Position numbers and translations under genes: made by a program. The notes below the pieces were generated by a model. The model had not been told where the DNA came from and made no database searches. It saw only the letters and a program-made list of their open reading frames with translations. 64,000 nt of DNA from an uncultured Lachnospiraceae bacterium (GTDB taxonomy: Bacteria; Bacillota; Clostridia; Christensenellales; UBA1242), in the NCBI GenBank assembly GCA_964606505.1, contig CAZSGM010000001.1, positions 18,859 through 82,858 on the forward strand, read 5' to 3'. Below, in pieces: positions 47,576-55,621 of the stretch (the stretch's first letter is position 1; every line of letters starts with the position of its first letter).

Positions 47576-48081
47576 AAAGAAATAAGAATGGATGTGTCTT
47601 TGGCAAAAAGTGTGCATTTATGCAGGTTTTATAGGTGTTTATGCTGCACTTATTCTGCATTTAAGATAAATACAATTGAAGTTTTGTAAAATAAACGCAT
47701 AGGCTAAGATAGTTTATATTAAAACAAATATATAAAATAAATAATGAAGCATTAATCATAAAAAATGTTTAATGTTAGTATCTAAACAGTTTGTCTTGCT
47801 GCGAGGTTTAAGTATTATATATTCTTTTATTGTTTGCGTGCTTTAATTGAATGCGTGCTCAACATAAATGATTAACCCGAGCATAAAAATGAATGCAATT
47901 TCAGTGGTATGTAAGTATATAAAGCGTTCGAGTGTTTAAGTAAAGAAAAAAGACGTTGCAAAATAGTCGCATAATGAGGTTTAAATGTGTTCCGCGATTA
48001 GTGTTTTTAATTACGAGTTGTATTACAGGTTGATTTGCCAAAATCGCATAAAATCTACCTTTTTGCGTCTTTTTTTAACCT

Positions 48082-48097
48082 TGTTTCACGTGAAACA
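48082..48097. promoter_or_regulatory. parS site 3 (perfect consensus)
   Basis: TGTTTCACGTGAAACA. Confidence 0.9.
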
Positions 48098-48949
48098 GTT
48101 GTTATTTGGGGTGTTATTTGAGAAAAAGTAGGACGATTTGACGTATATTTTTTTACTGTGGCTGTGGGTTCACTGCCCTATTTATATTGCGTCAAAACTT
48201 ACGTAAAAAATGTTGATAAGGTGTTCAAATTGTGCTTATCAACGGCGAAATAATTAATAAGCAGTAAATCGAATAAAAAATGACCTTAACAGGCTTTAAT
48301 ACATCAAGTGATGTTTGATTTTGTTGAAAGTTGCCAATTTGCAAACTATTTTTCTTGAAATATAGAAGTAATTTGCGATATTATCCCCCGCTATTCTTCA
48401 AAATAACCCCTAAAGTGGCAAAAATCAAGTTTTTAACAATTTAATCTAATTATATGACATATTTTGTTTTATTTGGCGGTAAGTTAGTATTTATTTCTGC
48501 TTTATATGGGGAATTATTCGCGTTATTTATTCATAATGGTGTTAATTTTATCTTATTTTGGGCTAATTTGCTTATTTTGAGTTTATTTTTTAAAAAAAAT
48601 AAACAATTACGCCATAATTTTATGCAAATAATCATATAAAACGAAAATTTAATAATTATTATAATTTTTAAATATATTTTTTATTATTTTATTATTTTTT
48701 TTGCATTTTAGTTAAAAAAAATGACATTTTTGATGTGGATTTGTTTATATTAAGTCTCAAAAATCGCAAATTATGGTAAAATTGGATATAATTAGCATTA
48801 TATTGCTTGAATAAACGGCTTTTGCATTTTTTATAATGCCCTTAGTCATGTGAATTGTGTTTCTATGCTTTATTGAGACGCATATTTTTGTGTTTTTGCA
48901 CTGGAATTTTGGCAAATTGCGCCTTTTTATTGTTAAAAAATAATAGTAG

Positions 48950-49013
48950 TTATCCACAATTATATGCACAATTTGGGTGGTTTCAGGATTATTAGTGGGC
49001 AAAGTTATCCACA
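48950..49013. promoter_or_regulatory. two perfect DnaA boxes, same orientation
   Basis: TTATCCACA at 48950-48958 and 49005-49013. Confidence 0.65.
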
Positions 49014-49377
49014 TTGAATTAATGAAAATGTGCATAAGTTTGAAATATGTTAATTACTTTTTAATAAATTTAGGTTTATTAATATGCGGAAATGGGTACA
49101 AAAAGTGCAGTGAAATGCTGCAAATGCTAGAATTTAATGATTTTTGTCCTATTTCAATATACTTATTGTTAATATTTGAAATATTTAATAAAAATGGCGT
49201 ATTTACTGACGTCTTTAATTGTTGAATTTTTCTATTTTTTATTATTTTTGGCAAATTATTGTATTAATTTATCATTAGATATGTGGAAAAATGGCTTTGA
49301 TTATGGCTTTTGTGTATGTATAAAGTTTTAGCTTTATTAATTTATCAACCATATGTTGACAAAATGGGCAAAAAATA

Positions 49378-49415
49378 GTTAAGTACTTAACCAAAAAAAT
49401 AGTTAAGTACTTAAC
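49378..49415. promoter_or_regulatory. tandem pair of perfect palindromes GTTAAGTACTTAAC, copies d1 and d2
   Basis: Located at 49378-49391 and 49402-49415, centres 24 bp apart. Context AAAAAATAGTTAAGTACTTAACCAAAAAAATAGTTAAGTACTTAACT. Confidence 0.65.
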
Positions 49416-49805
49416 TAAAATTGAGCGTAAAAATTCGCTGAGGGATGAAAATGTTGTCAACATAAGTTTTGGATGTGTTGATGTATTTGTAGGTTTAACA
49501 TTGTAACTGCGTTTTTGAGTACAATGTTGTAATTGCGTTAATCCGTGTCTAGATTGAGGCGATTGTTACTTAGATTTCAACAATTTACTCGCGTATTGTT
49601 GCAGTTAGGTGGTAGTTTATTCGTGTATTTAGCTCGATTATTTTGGTTTGGGGTTGGGTTACTTTACTCTTTGGTTTGGGTACACATTTTTTGCTATATT
49701 ATTACTGGACAGGATAATTTTGTTATAGTTTTAAACTAGATTGTGATGGTTTGGGGCTGCATAAGCGAGGCGCGGGCTCGATTGCGACAAGTAACATATA
49801 ATTAC

Positions 49806-49834
49806 TTGACATTTTTCAGAAAAACGCGTATAAT
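49806..49834 (+). promoter_or_regulatory. consensus SigA promoter of greA
   Basis: TTGACA, a 17-nt spacer, TATAAT. Confidence 0.75.
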
Positions 49835-50023
49835 ATATACGCAAAATATGGGCAGAGTTGCTTTTTGTGAGCACTTTTAATGGTAGTTGGTCAGTAGCAA
49901 ATCATTTTTTGTAATGAATGCGTATGTTTACGCGTTTCTTTGTAGCGGCGCAAATTTGAGGCGTTGGGTGGTTTGTGATTGAGTTTTGACTGGTGAGAGT
50001 TCCACAGCGGCGATGTTCGCGCA

Positions 50024-50049
50024 AGTGCCAGAACGGCACTTTTGTTTTA
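50024..50049 (+). terminator. terminator-like hairpin inside the greA 5' leader
   Basis: AGTGCC-AGAAC-GGCACT followed by TTTGTTTTA, ending 5 nt before the GGAGG SD. Confidence 0.5.
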
Positions 50050-50066
50050 TTATGGAGGTTATTTAA

Positions 50067-50534
50067 ATGGAAAGTTATTTAACGAGAGAGGGATTTGAGG
50101 CGCTGCAAAGCAGGTTAAACTATCTCAAAACTGATAGACGTAACGAGGTTGCTAAAAAATTGCAGGCAGCTAGAGAAATGGGCGACTTGAGCGAAAATGC
50201 TGAGTATGACTCGGCAAAAGATGAGCAAACTGTCATTGAAACCGAGATTGCTGAAATTGAGCACAAATTGCGTACTTCTAAGATTATTGACGAAGAAGAA
50301 ATTGATACATCTAAAGTTTCAATTGGCTGTACTGTTAAAATTTTGGATATGGAATTCAAGGAAGAATTGGAATACAAAATTGTTGGCTCGTCTGAAAGCG
50401 ACCCTAAAAACAAGTTGATTAGCAACGAATCCCCAGTGGGTTCCTCGCTACTTGGGAAAAGTGAGGGCGACGTTGTAGAAGTTCGCGCACCGTCGGGTAT
50501 GTTGAAATTTAAGATTATTTCAATCACAAGATAG
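50067..50534 (+). CDS. greA: transcription elongation factor GreA
   Basis: 155 aa. GDLSENAEYDSAKDEQ coiled-coil tip and C-terminal globular domain. Confidence 0.92.
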   Translation: MESYLTREGFEALQSRLNYLKTDRRNEVAKKLQAAREMGDLSENAEYDSAKDEQTVIETEIAEIEHKLRTSKIIDEEEIDTSKVSIGCTVKILDMEFKEELEYKIVGSSESDPKNKLISNESPVGSSLLGKSEGDVVEVRAPSGMLKFKIISITR

Positions 50535-50614
50535 GTTTGCTTGCAAACAACGTTTGTACGAGTTTTATAGTGTTAAATAGATAATAATGGTGGCGCATTT
50601 GCCGTGTTAGTATG

Positions 50615-50649
50615 TAGACAAATTCAAAAATGGATTTGTCTATTTTTTT
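50615..50649 (+). terminator. intrinsic terminator downstream of greA
   Basis: TAGACAAAT, a 10-nt loop, ATTTGTCTA, followed by T7. Confidence 0.65.
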
Positions 50650-50838
50650 GAAATGGGCTTGTCAAACTTTCTATAATGGTGCAAAATGCAAATGTGGCTT
50701 TCGGTAAAAAACAATAATAAAACAAAATAGATTTTAAATAACAATAATATATTTTAAGTAAAAATAAAATTTGATAGGCAGAGATTTTATGTCTAAAAAA
50801 TGGCAGTATTAGTTTTTTATGTGCAAAATAATGGCGTG

Positions 50839-50956
50839 AAAAAATATATTTTTTAAGGGCGAAAATTTAGTTTGAAAAAATATATTTTAACTATAAATAT
50901 TGTGCGACGAAAATATTTTTCAGTGTATAAATATCGTGCAAGGAAAATGTATTTTT
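50839..50956. repeat. A/T-tract palindromes and a ~33-bp direct repeat
   Basis: AAAAAATATATTTTTT (50839-50854). TATAAATATTGTGCGACGAAAATATTTTT (50891-50920) versus TATAAATATCGTGCAAGGAAAATGTATTTTT (50924-50956). Confidence 0.7.
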
Positions 50957-52007
50957 ATACAATAAAATTGTCAATGAAAATAGCGCAATAGGAATACAGA
51001 AATTGAGAAAAATAATAAGCAAAACGAGTAAAAAAAAGAGTAAAAAACATGCAAAAAATTTTAAGTGAAAAAATAGGTAAAATACAAGTAAAAAATTAAG
51101 TAAAATAATAAACGGAAAAAATGCAAAAAATATGTGTTTAAATTTAATTTTTTGCGTAAAATTATGGCGTAACTATATATAAAAAATTGAGTGTTCAATA
51201 ATTAAAAATGGCAAGAGAAAATACGGATAAATACAAATAAAAATCTGGAATATTTTTAATAAATAAAATTGGGATGAAATTTATTTTTTTAGTCTGCGAA
51301 AAATAGTTTTACAGTGGTTTATGTTGTATATATTTTAGTATTTTATTGAATAAATAAAACTATTTTATAAATCCATAAAAATGCAGTATAGCTGCAAAAT
51401 TATGCAGCTTACCTGTTAAAATTTGCGTGAAAGCTGTTAAAAATTGCGGGTATGCTGCATTTTACGTGCAAATAATTGTGTAAAATATAAATTTGATATA
51501 TATTTTAATTGTAAATTATATTTTTTTATAATATTTTTTAATTAAATAATAAATATTTTCGTTATATTTTTTTGACGTTGTAAAATTATATTTTTTTGCA
51601 GGTAAATTTATTAATTAATTTGTGATTAAAATAAAATGAATTAATGCGCAATTTTATTTGATTTTATCGGTTTATATTTTAGTGTTATTTTAGGTGTAAT
51701 TTTCAGTATTTTTTATTTTGCGGGGGGAATTGTGATTTTATTTATTTTTGACAGCGTTTATTCTTAATAAAAAGTGTTATTTCTTCGCCGCTTTAATTAT
51801 TTTTTTAGCGATGATTTTTCGCGGAAATTTTAATAAAAAAAATAAGGAATATTTTGTGTTAATAAAAAATAAAAAATCAATATTCATATGCATATTTATA
51901 TTTTGTTTATTTTTCAAATTTAATTATTTAAGGACGCAGAAATTTACTGCGTCCTTAAAAGTTGAAATGATAATTTTTTTTGCGAGTGCATTCAACTTGC
52001 GTGCACG

Positions 52008-52125
52008 GCAAACTAGCCCACTATTGTAAGTAGCGCACACAACAGATTAGTGTACACAGCAAACTAGCGCGCCGTGTTAAATGACGACCGCGACAAACTA
52101 GCGCGCGTAACTAACTAGCGCGCGG
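52008..52125. repeat. four dispersed copies of AACTAGC(G/C)C(G/A)C; the last contains the stop codon of the 427-aa ORF
   Basis: CAAACTAGCCCAC, CAAACTAGCGCGCC, CAAACTAGCGCGCG, CTAACTAGCGCGCGG. Confidence 0.7.
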
Positions 52126-53398
52126 CGTTAATTGTGCGTGCGGCAATAATGAGTAGCGCAACTAGAGAATGTAGTTCCTTGCTGAGTCGCGATTTTTCGT
52201 AAATTGAGCACAGCAACGCCATAAGTTTCGACAGCATCCTACTGCGACTTACAAAATACAAAAGCGGACGTTCAATAACTTTGACCTCGTCTAGGTATTC
52301 GCTAAGCCCAAAATCGTCCTTAAAATACTGGTTCAAGTCCTGCACTAAGTCGTTCAAAATTGCCGTCTCGTATTCATTCAGCCCCTTGTAAGAAACTTGC
52401 GGCGTTGGCTCAATAAGTGGTTGTACTTCGTCGGCACCGTGCCTCCCAAAACTCCCACTTTGCGCGCCAAAACTGTTTTCTTGCGCAAAATCACGTTCGG
52501 CGTGTGTCCCATAACCTTGAGACCCACCTGTGTGCCATCCTCTAAGGTCGTCGTTTCTCGCATTGCCTTGAAACTCATTCATTTCCCAAAACTCCTGTTC
52601 GTGTTGTGCCTCTTGGTTGCGTTGTGCCCCCTGTTTGCTGAGTATGTCTTGTTCGCGCTGTGTGCCTTGTTTAATGTCGTCTTTAATTGCGGGGCTGCGC
52701 TGTGAAGCGTCTTCTGCGCTTGCGTGCGAACTGTTGCTGTTTGGGGCGCTCAAATTGTTGCGGGTTTGAGCGTGCGGGTTTGCGTTGTCAACTACGCTGT
52801 CCGCGTTCGTAATAAATTTGTCGGGGTTACCTGTTGCGTCGGCCGTACTGCCAAAAAGTTTGCTAAAAAAACGCGAGCTACCTGTTGCGCTTGGAGTAGT
52901 GCCAGTGCGCAAATTATTTTGAGTGTGCGAGTTGTTAAATGCAGTGGGCGCACAACCGTCCTCGGGTGCGGACGCGCTTTGAGTTGGCTCAACCCCTTTG
53001 TTTTTGCCGAAAATTTGCGGGACAGGCGTTTTTTTAGTTGTGCTATTTGTTTGCAGGGTCGTGTTTTGTAAATCGTCGTCCTGTCGGGCGTTTCCCGCTT
53101 TTGTGTGCCAGTCGGTTGCCGCATTCTCGCGTTTTTCATTAGTGAGTTTGCCGTTAATTGGTTTGTTATTGGTGCACTCGCCATTAGCGTGGTCGCCGTT
53201 ATTGCCGCCGCCGCTAACCCTCGCGCTGTTTGTGTGCTCGCCATTAATCAGCTCGTCGTTAGTGTGCCCACAGTTAATTTGTCCGCGGTCAGCCCCCTCG
53301 CCGCTCGTGCAATCATTGCGTGCCTCAACGTACGCCTGCGCAAGCATTTCATACTCGCTTTTGTTGTAACCGTCAATTCTGTCGTCGTATTTTTCCAT
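52115..53398 (-). CDS. hypothetical low-complexity protein (N/G/H/T/Q-rich) with a short ordered C-terminal domain
   Basis: 427 aa with internal (I/A)NG.(H/C)TN repeats. Only the last ~90 aa look globular. Higher GC than its surroundings, and many overlapping alternative-frame ORFs. Confidence 0.5.
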   Translation of the reverse strand: MEKYDDRIDGYNKSEYEMLAQAYVEARNDCTSGEGADRGQINCGHTNDELINGEHTNSARVSGGGNNGDHANGECTNNKPINGKLTNEKRENAATDWHTKAGNARQDDDLQNTTLQTNSTTKKTPVPQIFGKNKGVEPTQSASAPEDGCAPTAFNNSHTQNNLRTGTTPSATGSSRFFSKLFGSTADATGNPDKFITNADSVVDNANPHAQTRNNLSAPNSNSSHASAEDASQRSPAIKDDIKQGTQREQDILSKQGAQRNQEAQHEQEFWEMNEFQGNARNDDLRGWHTGGSQGYGTHAERDFAQENSFGAQSGSFGRHGADEVQPLIEPTPQVSYKGLNEYETAILNDLVQDLNQYFKDDFGLSEYLDEVKVIERPLLYFVSRSRMLSKLMALLCSIYEKSRLSKELHSLVALLIIAARTINAAR

Positions 53399-53653
53399 AT
53401 TTTACCTCTTACAAAAATATATTTTAAAGGGGTTGTAATTATGCAAAAATTTAATTTTATGAATATTTTGCAAAGCGAAAGCATAATATGATATAGCCAC
53501 TAAGCACACAAAAACTCCAACATTTTACGATTTAATGCGGCGCTTTTATTTAAAATGCGTGTTTGAAAAGCCAGTAAAAACGTCATTTTTGCCCTAAAAA
53601 CCGCTGTTTTGAGAAAAAAAATTACTAAAAGTGTATTTTTTTGCTAAAAACTG

Positions 53654-53682
53654 TTGACAAATTTTTTATTATATAGTAAAAT
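53654..53682 (+). promoter_or_regulatory. SigA promoter of the tRNA operon
   Basis: TTGACA, a 17-nt spacer, TAAAAT. Confidence 0.7.
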
Positions 53683-53702
53683 AGTGGAGTCGTTAAGAAT
53701 AT

Positions 53703-53779
53703 CGCGGGGTAGAGCAGTTTGGCAGCTCGTCGGGCTCATAACCCGAAGGTCGTTGGTTCAAATCCAGCCCCCGCTACCA
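53703..53779 (+). tRNA. initiator tRNA-fMet (CAU)
   Basis: CGCGGGG acceptor with a 1-72 mismatch and three G-C pairs closing the anticodon stem (TCGGGCTCATAACCCGA). CCA encoded. Confidence 0.9.
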
Positions 53780-53789
53780 TTTTTTTTAT

Positions 53790-53866
53790 GGCGGTGTAGC
53801 TTAGCTGGTTATAGCGTCCGGTTCATACCCGGAAGATCAAAGGTTCGAATCCTTTCACCGCTACCA
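53790..53866 (+). tRNA. elongator tRNA-Met (CAU)
   Basis: GGCGGTGTAGCTTAGCTGG... with anticodon loop TTCATAC. Closely resembles Bacillus elongator tRNA-Met as recalled. CCA encoded. Confidence 0.8.
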
Positions 53867-53888
53867 GCGTGGGCGCATTGCCCAAGTT

Positions 53889-53963
53889 GGCCCTATGGTC
53901 AAGCGGTTAAGACACCACCCTTTCACGGTGGTATCGTGGGTTCGAATCCCGCTAGGGTCACCA
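53889..53963 (+). tRNA. tRNA-Glu (UUC)
   Basis: GGCCCTATGGTCAAGCGGTTAAGACACCACCCTTTCACGGTGG... Cloverleaf checked by hand. CCA encoded. Confidence 0.88.
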
Positions 53964-53967
53964 AATT

Positions 53968-53999
53968 CTCACTTTCTAAATAGAAAGTGAGTTTTTTTT
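53968..53999 (+). terminator. intrinsic terminator of the tRNA operon
   Basis: CTCACTTTC-TAAATA-GAAAGTGAG followed by T8. Confidence 0.85.
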
Positions 54000-54324
54000 A
54001 TATTTTAAGTTCTTGCGCTGCTTGGTTTATACCGCAGGTTGATATATTACTTGGCTTATATTATGGGTTGATGTGCTTGCAGTTTTATCTTCAAGCTGTT
54101 GCGCTAGTTGTATAACTGGAAATATTGGCAGCGAACAAACAAAGGAATTCAATTCTAAAGTGCTGCGCCTGCCTTGCTAGCTGCCTTTGTGGTTTGGGAA
54201 TTATGGTTGCGGCTAGTTTTACAAATTCGTTCCGCTTTGCGGTTTTGCAGGCAGGCAAAATGCTTGACTTTCGCGGCAATGTGGAGTAAAATGGAAATGG
54301 TTAAATGACCAAATGGAGTTAATA

Positions 54325-55146
54325 ATGGATATTACCGATTTAACTTGGAACCCTTGGCACGGCTGCCATAAGTGTAGCGAGGGCTGCCAAAATTGTTATG
54401 CGTATTTTTTAGACAAAAGGTACGGCAGAGATACTAATCAGGTTTGTAGGAATAAGTCAAACTTTGATTACCCAATAAAAAAGGACAAGAGCGGGAACTA
54501 TAAGTTGCCGAGTGGGTCGTTTGTCCGCGTGTGTATGACAAGCGACTTCTTTCTCGAAGAGGCCGACGACTGGCGCGGCGAGGCGTGGGATATAATTCGC
54601 AAAAGGTCAGACGTTACCTTTTCATTGCTTACTAAAAGGGCAAACAGAATTAAGGATAATTTGCCAGACGATTGGGGCGACGGCTGGGACAATGTCCAGT
54701 TTGCGGTTTCTGCAGAAAACCAAAAGCGAGTGGACGAAAGAATTCCGTACCTTTTGGACGTTCCTGCCAAGCATAGGTGGATAAGTGTAAAACCCTTTAT
54801 TGGCGAAGTTGATTTGGAGCAATACCTTTCAACCGGCGGAATAGAAGCTGTCCTTGCAGGCGGGGAAAACTATATGGGTTGTCGTCCGCTCCACTTTGAA
54901 TGGGTAAAAAAGTTGCACGACCAATGTGAAAAATATGATGTCCAATTAATTTTTGGGCAAACGGGAAACGTTTTTGTTAAAGATGGGGTTGAATACAAAA
55001 TTAGAAACAGAACCGACCAAATGATACAGGCGGTTAAGTCGGGGCTCAATTATCCGCACTTGGATATTGATAAACGCGTTAACGAGATTTTAGAAATTAG
55101 GGAAAAAATGAAAAACGCTAGGATGAAAAAGACTGATTGTGATTAA
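54325..55146 (+). CDS. DUF5131 (phage Gp37/Gp68 family) protein
   Basis: TWNPWHGCHKCSEGCQNCYA N-terminal Cys cluster is typical of the family. Start at ATG, 6 nt after GGAG. Confidence 0.75.
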   Translation: MDITDLTWNPWHGCHKCSEGCQNCYAYFLDKRYGRDTNQVCRNKSNFDYPIKKDKSGNYKLPSGSFVRVCMTSDFFLEEADDWRGEAWDIIRKRSDVTFSLLTKRANRIKDNLPDDWGDGWDNVQFAVSAENQKRVDERIPYLLDVPAKHRWISVKPFIGEVDLEQYLSTGGIEAVLAGGENYMGCRPLHFEWVKKLHDQCEKYDVQLIFGQTGNVFVKDGVEYKIRNRTDQMIQAVKSGLNYPHLDIDKRVNEILEIREKMKNARMKKTDCD

Positions 55147-55350
55147 AATATTAGAGTACATTACAACTAACAATAAAAAATGCGAAATTAACGGCTGCGA
55201 GATATACGAAAAAAGTATGTAAGCAGTCTTTTTTAATGGAAAAATAAAAAAAATAACATTTTTTTTATAAACAAGCAAAAAATATTTGGAATAAAATAAT
55301 AAATGTGTTAAAATTGCATAAAATACACACAGTAAGGAGTGATAAAAATG

Positions 55351-55364
55351 GTTAAGTACTTAAC
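55351..55364. promoter_or_regulatory. perfect palindrome GTTAAGTACTTAAC, copy e
   Basis: Lies 6 nt upstream of the G12 tract, with imperfect DnaA boxes 29-39 bp downstream. Confidence 0.6.
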
Positions 55365-55370
55365 TAAATT

Positions 55371-55382
55371 GGGGGGGGGGGG
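55371..55382. repeat. G12 homopolymer tract
   Basis: Twelve consecutive G in a low-GC genome, 240 nt upstream of the GLUG protein gene. Confidence 0.9.
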
Positions 55383-55392
55383 CGTCTCAGAC

Positions 55393-55411
55393 TAATCCAC
55401 AATGTGGACAA
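55393..55411. promoter_or_regulatory. inverted pair of one-mismatch DnaA boxes
   Basis: TAATCCACA-A-TGTGGACAA. Confidence 0.4.
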
Positions 55412-55621
55412 ACGCGAAAGGTAGAAACGGGCGAAAAAGCCAGTGTTTCTGCGGGTTGCAGCAACCGCGCCACCCGCAAAACAAACACGAGCGTTTGCAA
55501 ACAAACTCATATTACTAGATATAAAAACAGTTACTTAAATAGGAGTTGCCTCAAGGGAGCAACTAACAAGAAAACAGGTATAATTAAACAAAACAACCGC
55601 CGCGCTACATTAGGAATACTA

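Noticed and set aside
48454-49739. Small ORFs (61-92 aa) in the parB-greA gap.
   Set aside because: They are hydrophobic or low-complexity, lack an SD, overlap one another, and overlap the DnaA boxes or palindromes.
55348-55395. Mini-ORFs starting ATGGTTAAGTACTTAAC (MVKYLT...) at palindrome copies a, c and e.
   Set aside because: The palindrome reads VKYL on both strands by construction. Only copy e has an SD, and the downstream sequences and lengths differ. It is treated as a DNA motif, not a peptide gene; copy e is kept only as a possible uORF in the G12 finding.
55405-55500. GC-rich structured segment (CAAACGC ... GCGTTTG enclosing AGAAAC-GGGCGAAAAAGCC-GTTTCT and GCGGGT..ACCCGC hairpins) upstream of the GLUG gene. 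Considered as a c-di-GMP riboswitch because GGGCGAAAAAGCC loosely resembles GGGACGCAAAGCC.
   Set aside because: The other conserved GEMM features could not be found. The best promoter candidate (TATAAT at 55578) lies downstream of the segment. It needs cmscan before any claim.
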